Positions 1 through 7,120 of a stretch of 16,000 bases of DNA are shown piece after piece. The notes beneath the pieces were generated by a model. That model had not been told where the DNA came from. It worked only from the letters and a program-made list of their open reading frames with translations, and did not search any database. The DNA is taken from assembly GCA_965612795.1 (NCBI GenBank), contig CBFDTI010000029.1, positions 1 through 16,000 of the forward strand, written 5' to 3'. The position numbers and the translations under genes were made by a program. Within the stretch, counting starts at the first letter, position 1. The number at the start of each line of letters is the position of its first letter. The stretch is from an uncultured bacterium (GTDB lineage: Bacteria; Hydrothermota; UBA3073; NMUJ01).

Positions 1-992
1 CGCAATGTATAACCACAATCCTCACAGATAAGGTATCGCGAATATCCTCTCAGATTCATAAATAGCACAACCTTACCTCCTTGCTGTAGAATCTTTTCAA
101 TTTTACGCCTAAGTTCGGGTGAAAATATTTGCTTTTTCTGAAGTGTGATCACCTTAATGTTAAGTTTGTCAAATTGGGGCTCATTTACCAGTTTATACTT
201 ACCTTTCTTGATATTGAGATAAGTTTCGAGTGACGGACTACTCGTACCCAGTATCACCTTTATACCTTCGAACATTGCACGCATAATCGCCACATCACGT
301 GCATGATAGTGTGGATGATCCTGCTCCTTATAGTGTTTGCTCTCTTCACGTTCAACTATTATTGACCCTAGCTCCCTAAACGGCAGAAAGACTGCACTCC
401 TTGTGCCACACACCACACGTAGGTTACCCCGACGTAAAGCTAACCATAATCGCTTCTTATCGCTATCACGTAGCTCGCTTGTATAAAATGGTACATCTTG
501 CAATATCCAATGGTCACGATGTTCGGGGACCAATACCAGCACATCTTTACCTTCTGACAGAGTCTGTTCTATAACGTGTCTGTAGTAATTCCACCGAACT
601 GTAGGGTCAACCTCCCATAACACATCAACCTGTGGCCGTACATTCTTTATCTCAAACTCCTTAGCTCTGGGTAACAACCTTGTGATACTCTTACGCCTTA
701 CACTTTGTGGTAGTATATGTTCAATAACGTGTCCAACCTCTGCTACATAGTAGCTGGCTACCCATTTAGCGAGTTGAATAAGATTGTTCTCAAGCACAGG
801 TTTACGCGAGATTAACTGCTTAATTCTACGTAGTTTAGTGACTTCTGGAACATTAGGTTCACATAAAATATCGATCACCCACCCTATTTTTGTTGTACGT
901 TTAAACGGTACCACTACCATACAGCCAGGTTTCACAGGTAATTTCGTCTCATACGTGAAATCACCTGCATCAATACCCACTTTTACGTACAT
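1..992 (-). CDS. priA: Primosomal protein N' (PriA), 5' part, runs off the window; helicase motifs degenerate
   Basis: Not in the ORF track; translated by hand from ATG 992 and open to the window edge. MYVKVGIDAGDFTYETKLPVKPGCMVVVPFKRTTKIGWV...LAKWVASYY (3' DNA-binding domain), VLVLVPE (motif Ia), VVCGTRSAVFLPFRELGSIIV, YKEQDHPHYHARDVAIMRA, LGTSSPSLETY, LFMNLRGYSRYLICEDCGY (start of the Cys-rich region). Confidence 0.92.
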   Translation of the reverse strand, partial: MYVKVGIDAGDFTYETKLPVKPGCMVVVPFKRTTKIGWVIDILCEPNVPEVTKLRRIKQLISRKPVLENNLIQLAKWVASYYVAEVGHVIEHILPQSVRRKSITRLLPRAKEFEIKNVRPQVDVLWEVDPTVRWNYYRHVIEQTLSEGKDVLVLVPEHRDHWILQDVPFYTSELRDSDKKRLWLALRRGNLRVVCGTRSAVFLPFRELGSIIVEREESKHYKEQDHPHYHARDVAIMRAMFEGIKVILGTSSPSLETYLNIKKGKYKLVNEPQFDKLNIKVITLQKKQIFSPELRRKIEKILQQGGKVVLFMNLRGYSRYLICEDCGYTL

Positions 993-2052
993 GACCCACT
1001 GTTATAAGTTTGTAATCCATCGAACCCAACCCGATCTTTGCTGCATGACGTACCTGTATGAGTGGATCGATTTCTGGACGTAACTTTCGCATTGTGGTTT
1101 CATAATCTACCAGCTCATAGCTTGCCATATCGAGTGCAACCGGGTCTTCTGATACCAGTACACCTCGGTCAAGCCCCTCAATCTTATCGCTCGGAAAGCA
1201 GTCACACAGTTTCGTTATATTTAACAAAAATGTAATATAAAGTACGGGTTTGCCTTTGACGGCACCAAACGCATATTCAGCTATCTTACGTTGTGCGTTA
1301 TCAGAAGATTCGTTCCAGTTTGTACGAACTGCACCTTCAGGGCATACTGCTATACATGCGGCACAGCCTTTACATTTTTGCTCATCGATCATCGCATACT
1401 CGGTTACTGTGATAGCACCTACACTACACCATGTTGCACAAGTGCCACATGCTTTACAGCGATCCCTCACTACCCGCGGTACGAGAGTTGAATGCATAGA
1501 GAACTTACCACGTCGTGTAGCACAGCCCATACCTAGGTTTTTGATTGCAGCACCAAACCCTGTTAGCTCGTGACCTGTAAAATGTGTCAACACCAGCATT
1601 GCATCACTCTTAACTATACCGGTGGCGATATTTACATATCTGTAGAATTGACCGCTTATTTCAATATCCACACCTTCATCACCTCGTAGCCCATCCGCAA
1701 TTATTATCGGGGCACCTACGGTGTCGAAACCGTGTTCACGTATGAGGTTGAGATACATGACCGCATCCATACGTGCACCGTGATAGAGGGTTACAGTGTC
1801 GGTAAGGAAGAACTTAACCCGTTTATCATCCCATACGCTAAGTATTTCTCTAACCCAGCGCGGTTTAATGTGTGTGGTTACACCTTTTTCACCAAAATGT
1901 AACTTAACGGCTACAAACTTACCTGCTCCATATAAGTTGTACCACTTCTCACGTAGCAGTCTTTTTAATAATGGAAGGAAACGCCCCTCCTCGACATATG
2001 GAATATAGTAGACTATACTCTTTCGAGGAGGAGTTTCTTGGACGTTAGACAT
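970..2052 (-). CDS. DUF362 domain Fe-S protein with an internal 2x[4Fe-4S] ferredoxin domain
   Basis: VAVKLHFGEKG, TDTVTLYHGAR, IIADGLRG, HFTGHELTGFGAAIKNLGMGC, CKACGTCATWC and CKGCAACIAVCP, CDC, DPVALD. ATG 2052 (MSNVQ) is preferred over the track's 2067; either start overlaps the end of rpmB. Confidence 0.85.
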   Translation of the reverse strand: MSNVQETPPRKSIVYYIPYVEEGRFLPLLKRLLREKWYNLYGAGKFVAVKLHFGEKGVTTHIKPRWVREILSVWDDKRVKFFLTDTVTLYHGARMDAVMYLNLIREHGFDTVGAPIIIADGLRGDEGVDIEISGQFYRYVNIATGIVKSDAMLVLTHFTGHELTGFGAAIKNLGMGCATRRGKFSMHSTLVPRVVRDRCKACGTCATWCSVGAITVTEYAMIDEQKCKGCAACIAVCPEGAVRTNWNESSDNAQRKIAEYAFGAVKGKPVLYITFLLNITKLCDCFPSDKIEGLDRGVLVSEDPVALDMASYELVDYETTMRKLRPEIDPLIQVRHAAKIGLGSMDYKLITVGHVRKSGY

Positions 2053-2207
2053 CTGGTACAAACCCAAACGCGTTTGGGTTTACCGTCGATCTTCAAACGT
2101 ACCTTCTGTAGATTGGGGTAAAAAATGCGTCTCGTCACTTTATGTGAATGGCTTATCTGCCTACCTACCTTGTAAGTTTTACCACAAATAGCACAACGTT
2201 TCGCCAT
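2013..2207 (-). CDS. rpmB: 50S ribosomal protein L28 (Zn-ribbon, Cys-containing form)
   Basis: MAKRCAICGK...GRQISHSHKVTRRIFYPNLQKVR...VWVCTRCL, 64 aa. Confidence 0.96.
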   Translation of the reverse strand: MAKRCAICGKTYKVGRQISHSHKVTRRIFYPNLQKVRLKIDGKPKRVWVCTRCLTSKKLLLERV

Positions 2208-2213
2208 ATTAAT

Positions 2214-2264
2214 TAAAAATATAATAGGACGAAAGTTGTCAACACAGCAGTCGCTATGTATGTT
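2214..2264. promoter_or_regulatory. Putative divergent sigma70-type promoters sharing a palindromic -35 core
   Basis: GTTGTCAAC at 2235-2243 reads TTGACA on - (2242-2237) and TTGTCA on + (2236-2241). On +, TATGTT follows after 17 nt. On -, the -10 region is only AT-rich. Confidence 0.5.
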
Positions 2265-2275
2265 ATTATAATGCG

Positions 2276-2704
2276 ATGCAGGTTCATCGTTGTACTACTC
2301 GCTATCGTTATCATAATCGATATCATGGTCGTACCATTACGATCCGCGTGGGTAATGCTGCCTTGGTCGTTGAAGTGGCTCGTACACCAGAAGCGCGACA
2401 ACTTGGGCTTATGTACAGGCAGCGGTTACCCGAGGATATGGGTATGTTATTTGTATTCGATACCGTCGGTATCTATCCGTTTTGGATGAAGAATACCCAC
2501 ATACCCTTATCGATAGCATTTATAACAGCTGACGGTAGGATTGTCGACATACAAGATATGGAGCCGCTCAGCTTAACTTTACACTTTCCTAGCCAACCAA
2601 TACGGTTCGCCTTAGAGGTGAATCGTAGCTGGTTCACACGTCACGGTGTGAAGGTAGGCGATACAGTGCGTATATCGGGGATAGGTTTAGGTGTAAAGTT
2701 TTAG
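2276..2704 (+). CDS. DUF192 domain protein; true N-terminus possibly in another frame (ATG 2271)
   Basis: LVVEVARTPEARQLGLMYRQRLPEDMGMLFVF, FWMKNTHIPLSIAFI, ALEVNRSWF...GVKVGD are typical DUF192 motifs. Confidence 0.88.
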   Translation: MQVHRCTTRYRYHNRYHGRTITIRVGNAALVVEVARTPEARQLGLMYRQRLPEDMGMLFVFDTVGIYPFWMKNTHIPLSIAFITADGRIVDIQDMEPLSLTLHFPSQPIRFALEVNRSWFTRHGVKVGDTVRISGIGLGVKF

Positions 2705-2764
2705 AGCAAATCATGTTGACCAGTACATTTAAAAGGAATTTATTCTACGGATTGTCGCTATTTC

Positions 2765-2792
2765 TTGACGAGTAGATTACGTTACGTAAATT
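2765..2792 (+). promoter_or_regulatory. Putative sigma70 promoter for etfBA
   Basis: TTGACG (2765-2770), 16 nt spacer, TAAATT (2787-2792), ending 16 nt before the etfB ATG; no obvious SD. Confidence 0.4.
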
Positions 2793-2808
2793 ATCAACTG
2801 CAAACACC

Positions 2809-3594
2809 ATGAATATCATAGTTTGCATCAAACAGGTACCTGATACCGCAGAGGTACGTATCGACCCTGTTACCAAAACACTTATACGAGAGGGTGTACC
2901 ATCGATTGTTAATCCGTTTGACTTATATGCAGCTGAAGAGGCAATACGCTTGAAGGAGCGCTACGGTGGTAAAACCATAGCTATATCAATGGGTCCACCG
3001 CAGGCCGAAGAAGCGTTACGTGAGGTAGTCTCGATGGGTATAGACGAAGCTGTGCTCATCACAGATGAAAAGTTTCGTGGCTCCGATACACTCGCTACCT
3101 CGTATACGTTGGCGAAAGCAATACAGAAACTCGGTGATTACGATCTCATCTTATGTGGTAAACAAGCCATAGATGGTGATACTGCACAGGTAGGGCCGGG
3201 TATTGCTGAATGGCTTTCGTTGCCACAAGTTACCTACGTAGGTAAAATTGAAGATATCAAAGATAGCAAAGCCAAAGTGTGGAGACTAATCGAAGGTGGA
3301 CACGAAATTCTCGAAGTCCCTTTACCCGCAGTCTTCACTGTAGTTAAAGAAATAAACGAACCACGGTTACCTTCGTTACGTGGTAAGTTACGTGCGAAAT
3401 CGATGACCATACCGCGATTCGCGGCTAGGGATTTGGAAGTTGACCCACGTTATGTAGGGTTGGAGGGGTCACCTACGCAGGTGGTTGAGATCTTCACGCC
3501 TGAAATAAAGAAAGGCGGTGAGGTTTTCCACGGCCCGATAGAGGAAGGTATAGAAAAGCTGTACCAATTTTTAAAAGAGCGTGGTTTCGTATGA
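2809..3594 (+). CDS. etfB: Electron transfer flavoprotein beta subunit (FixA family)
   Basis: MNIIVCIKQVPD, REGVPSIVNPFD, SMGPPQA, FRGSDTLATS, CGKQAIDGDTAQVGP, INEPRLPS, GLEGSPTQV. Confidence 0.96.
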   Translation: MNIIVCIKQVPDTAEVRIDPVTKTLIREGVPSIVNPFDLYAAEEAIRLKERYGGKTIAISMGPPQAEEALREVVSMGIDEAVLITDEKFRGSDTLATSYTLAKAIQKLGDYDLILCGKQAIDGDTAQVGPGIAEWLSLPQVTYVGKIEDIKDSKAKVWRLIEGGHEILEVPLPAVFTVVKEINEPRLPSLRGKLRAKSMTIPRFAARDLEVDPRYVGLEGSPTQVVEIFTPEIKKGGEVFHGPIEEGIEKLYQFLKERGFV

Positions 3595-4784
3595 AAGACA
3601 TAAGGATTATCGAAGCTAAGTGTAATGGGTGTGGCCTATGTGTAAAAGCATGTCCGTTGGGGGCTATTGAACCTATAGCCGGTGTCGTACGTATAATACG
3701 TGAAAAATGTAACCTCTGTGGCATCTGTGTGAGTGCATGTAAGTTGGGTGCTATAGAGGTGATAGAGGAAGCCGAACCAGAGAAGGTGGATCTTTCACAA
3801 TATTCAGGTGTGTGGGTTTTTGTCGAGCTTACCGATGATGGTGTGCATAAGGTTTCGTACGAATTGCTAGGTAAGGCACGCGAGCTTGCCACCAAACGTA
3901 ACACCTACGTAGGTGCAGTCTTAATAGGTAACAATGTGGATCGATTCACACAAGAGCTCATATATCGGGGTGCAGATAAGGTTTTTGTGGTTGACGACGT
4001 GCGGTTGGAGAGATTCGTTGTAGAGCCCTACACAAATGTTATGGAGAAGCTCGTGTTAAAATATCGACCCGAAATACTTATTGCGGGTGCCACGACGAAA
4101 GGTAGGAGCTTGCTCCCACGGTTAGCGGTTAGACTCAAAACTGGGTTGACTGCCGATTGTACAGGTTTGGATATCAACGAAAACGGTGAACTCGTCCAGA
4201 CCCGACCAGCATTCGGTGGCAACATCATGGCACGCATATTGTGTCCACGTACGAGACCGCAGATGGCGACCGTAAGGTACAAGGTGATGCCAGAGGCACC
4301 AAGAGATACCAACCGTACTGGTGAAATAATAAAGGAGAGACCACCCCAGCAGTTGCTATCCTCACAGGTTAAGTTTATCGAATTTATTGCTGACAAAACC
4401 GTAAAGGTGAAGCTCGAAGAAGCCGATATCATCGTCTCAGGGGGGCGGGGGCTGGGTGATCCCAAAAATTTCAGCCTTATAAGGGAACTGGCCGATCTAC
4501 TTGGTGGTGCAGTGGGCTCGTCACGCCCACCAGTCGATATGGGGTGGATATCATATTCACATCAGGTGGGTCAAACCGGCAAAACCGTAAAGCCTAAACT
4601 CTATATAGCAGTCGGTATAAGTGGTGCTGTACAACATCTTGCGGGTATGTCGGGTTCCGACACAATAGTTGCAATTAACAAAGACCCTCATGCACCTATC
4701 TTCAAGGTAGCAGATTTCGGTATAGTTGGCGACCTATTTAAGGTTGTACCTCAGCTCATCAAATTAATAAAAGAGCGTAGCTAA
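3591..4784 (+). CDS. etfA: Electron transfer flavoprotein alpha subunit with an N-terminal 2x[4Fe-4S] ferredoxin domain
   Basis: ATGA overlap with etfB. CNGCGLCVKACP and CNLCGICVSACK, then GLTADCT, QTRPAFGGNIMA, IIVSGGRG, QVGQTGKTV, GISGAVQHLAGM, IVAINKDPHAPIF. Confidence 0.96.
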   Translation: MKDIRIIEAKCNGCGLCVKACPLGAIEPIAGVVRIIREKCNLCGICVSACKLGAIEVIEEAEPEKVDLSQYSGVWVFVELTDDGVHKVSYELLGKARELATKRNTYVGAVLIGNNVDRFTQELIYRGADKVFVVDDVRLERFVVEPYTNVMEKLVLKYRPEILIAGATTKGRSLLPRLAVRLKTGLTADCTGLDINENGELVQTRPAFGGNIMARILCPRTRPQMATVRYKVMPEAPRDTNRTGEIIKERPPQQLLSSQVKFIEFIADKTVKVKLEEADIIVSGGRGLGDPKNFSLIRELADLLGGAVGSSRPPVDMGWISYSHQVGQTGKTVKPKLYIAVGISGAVQHLAGMSGSDTIVAINKDPHAPIFKVADFGIVGDLFKVVPQLIKLIKERS

Positions 4785-5707
4785 CCTTTATATTGTAACA
4801 TCGCTGTTATCGCATTACGTGCATCGGTGAGTATCTTGTTATCCAGTTTGATTTCATACTGCTCGTACTGTAGTGCATTATACACATCCATAAGCCGTAT
4901 CTTTTTCATACTGAAACAAACCTTTGGTGTGCCAAGTGAATAGAAACTTTTATTGGGGTTTTCCTTTTTGAGCCGATAAATTAAACCTTCCTCTGTACCT
5001 ATGATGAAAGTTCGGCTATCCGAGGTCTTCGCATATCGTAACATACCCGAAGTCGACGTCACCACATCTGCGAACTGTACGACTTCGGGTTTACACTCTG
5101 GATGTACAAGTAACACACTATCTGGGTGTTTTGACTTTACTTCATGTATTTCATCCACCGTAAACCGTTCATGTACATAACAGTAACCAGGCCACACGAT
5201 AACTTCCTTATCTGGTAGATTCTTGCGTACCCAATCACCTAGATTTCTATCTGGCAAGAAGATCACTGTATGTGTAGCTACATTGCGTACAACTTCGACC
5301 GCATTCGCCGATGTACAACATACATCACTTATCGCCTTTATCTCTGCACTTGTGTTCACATAGGTTACCACTACAGCAGCTGGATGCTGTTGTTTTAATA
5401 GTAGGAGATCTTCAACTGTTACGCTATCGGCAAGCGGACAACCTACATCTTCTTTGGGTAGCAATACTTTCTTATCGGGTGAAAGTATCTTCGCTGTTTC
5501 TGCCATAAATCTAACCCCACAGAATACGATTATATCAGCATCAGTATTCGTAGATAGTCTTGCAAGCTCGAGCGAATCGCCCACAAAATCGGCTATCTCC
5601 TGTATCTCTGGTACCTGATAATTATGTGCCAATATTACTGCGTGCTTCTTATGTTTTAGTTGCAAAATCTGTTGCTTTAACCTATCACTGTCCATACTAC
5701 TCTTCAT
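4781..5707 (-). CDS. nadA: Quinolinate synthase
   Basis: ILAHNYQ, GDSLELA, FCGVRFMAETAKIL, YVNTSA, CTSANA, VHPEC, STSGM, IGTE. Three cluster Cys in GCPLA, YCYVH and VCFSMK. The GGAGGA of the upstream Gly-Gly codons serves as SD. Confidence 0.96.
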   Translation of the reverse strand: MKSSMDSDRLKQQILQLKHKKHAVILAHNYQVPEIQEIADFVGDSLELARLSTNTDADIIVFCGVRFMAETAKILSPDKKVLLPKEDVGCPLADSVTVEDLLLLKQQHPAAVVVTYVNTSAEIKAISDVCCTSANAVEVVRNVATHTVIFLPDRNLGDWVRKNLPDKEVIVWPGYCYVHERFTVDEIHEVKSKHPDSVLLVHPECKPEVVQFADVVTSTSGMLRYAKTSDSRTFIIGTEEGLIYRLKKENPNKSFYSLGTPKVCFSMKKIRLMDVYNALQYEQYEIKLDNKILTDARNAITAMLQYKG

Positions 5708-5710
5708 AAA

Positions 5711-5911
5711 TTATCCTCCAGATATCACCTTACGTATCTCTATACGCCATTCAGGTGATATCTTCTCATCTGGGGTGAGTAACTTCTTGCTATCAGTTTC
5801 CACAACGAGTACCTCTTCTTCTTTCAAACCGAGTCTTTTGATAAGCTCGCGCACGTTTTTGACTGTCCCTACGTCGATAAACCTTCGCTCAGATTTGATA
5901 AAAATCTTCAT
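5711..5911 (-). CDS. ThiS/MoaD-family ubiquitin-like sulfur carrier (TtuB/SAMP2-like), 66 aa
   Basis: Start re-called to ATG 5911 (SD GGAGG, ATGA overlap with the E1 stop). MKIFIKSERRFIDVGTVKNVRELIKRLGLKEEEVLVV...LLTPDEKI...IEIRKVISGG ends in a free C-terminal GG. Confidence 0.87.
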   Translation of the reverse strand: MKIFIKSERRFIDVGTVKNVRELIKRLGLKEEEVLVVETDSKKLLTPDEKISPEWRIEIRKVISGG

Positions 5912-6636
5912 CTTTTCCTCCCGTTGGCTCCACACACAGCGCAAGAGGGATCAGCTTCAATATTTATAATATCGAAATCCCAACTTTGTAAATCTATGAA
6001 CAGTAGTTTGTTTAATAACAATTGCCCCATATGTGTAAGTAATTTTATCACTTCGGTCGCCTCAATTACCCCCAACAAACCTGCAGTTACTCCCACTATC
6101 GGAAACGTACGTGGGGATGGCACCCCCTGATAAATACAGGCAAGGCATGCCGTTCTATGGGGTAAAATAGTGGTGATTCTTCCTTCGAACCCTTCAACCG
6201 CTGCATGCACTAAGGGGATGTTATTATTCACTGCAAATTCATTAAGTATAAAGCGGGTTGAGAGATTATCGAGTGCATCTACGATCACGTCCGGGTGTGG
6301 CAAACTTCTCAGCAAACTTTCGTTAAGGTTAGCGGGGATCGGGTTCAACTTTATTTCAGGGTTAAATTCTCTCAACTTATCGTATGCGGATACTACTTTA
6401 TAGCGTCCTATGTCATGTGTGAAATGGAGTATCTGACGGTTGAGGTCAGTTTCTTCGACTTTATCCCTATCCACCATTATTATTTCACCTACACCTGCGG
6501 CTGCAAGGTAAAACGTTACAGCACTACCGAGCCCCCCTATACCACAAACGAGTACACGTGCATCACTAAGTTTGGATTGGTCAAACCCCTCTATCATCGT
6601 CTGCCGTAAATATCGTGAGATATGTTGTTTCTTCAT
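5908..6636 (-). CDS. ThiF/MoeB/HesA family E1-like adenylyltransferase
   Basis: RYLRQ, GIGGLG nucleotide-binding loop, DRDKVEETDLNRQ, VDALDN, Zn-binding CLAC and CAVC. Confidence 0.93.
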   Translation of the reverse strand: MKKQHISRYLRQTMIEGFDQSKLSDARVLVCGIGGLGSAVTFYLAAAGVGEIIMVDRDKVEETDLNRQILHFTHDIGRYKVVSAYDKLREFNPEIKLNPIPANLNESLLRSLPHPDVIVDALDNLSTRFILNEFAVNNNIPLVHAAVEGFEGRITTILPHRTACLACIYQGVPSPRTFPIVGVTAGLLGVIEATEVIKLLTHMGQLLLNKLLFIDLQSWDFDIINIEADPSCAVCGANGRKR

Positions 6637-7103
6637 TCCTTCAGTTCTTTTTCTGAGCTTTCAGTTGGATATCCCTCCTCTTTCCATTGGATAATACCAC
6701 CGATCATATTATAAACCCTCCTGAAACCGAGTTCCTGCATCATCTTTAAAGTTATCCCACTACGGTGTCCGGTCCTACAGTAGATAAGATAGGTTTTGGT
6801 TTTATCCAGGTTAGCAATCTTCGTTTTGAAAGCTTCGGAGTAGTAGTCTATATTTATAGCCCCCTTTATGTGTTCGGTCCTGTATTCTTCCGGGGTTCTG
6901 ACATCTATAATTATAAAATTTGGATTCCCTTTGTTAGCCTGGATCAAAGCGAGGGCCTCTTTCGGGGTGATATCCTCGATCATTTGGGGTGCTGGTTTTT
7001 CTTTTTTAACATGGGTAATAGGGCGTACACATGATGATATTATCATAACATAAAAAAGTGTCAAAGTTACCCTTTTTTGAAATTCATAAGGACCTCCTCT
7101 CAT
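6633..7103 (-). CDS. Single-domain rhodanese (sulfurtransferase) with a lipoprotein-like N-terminus; start uncertain
   Basis: IIDVRTPEEY, HIKGAINI, active loop YCRTGHRS, GGIIQW. N-terminal KRVTLTLFYVMIISS-C. Confidence 0.88.
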   Translation of the reverse strand: MRGGPYEFQKRVTLTLFYVMIISSCVRPITHVKKEKPAPQMIEDITPKEALALIQANKGNPNFIIIDVRTPEEYRTEHIKGAINIDYYSEAFKTKIANLDKTKTYLIYCRTGHRSGITLKMMQELGFRRVYNMIGGIIQWKEEGYPTESSEKELKE

Positions 7104-7120
7104 TTACTCATCGGTTGACG

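Noticed and set aside
7070..7082. Programmed -1 ribosomal frameshift at AAAAAAG in the rhodanese 5' end
   Set aside because: From the SD-led ATG the codons are AAA AAA GGG, not the A_AAA_AAG phase, and no stimulatory hairpin is evident. Kept only as an indel/slippage candidate.
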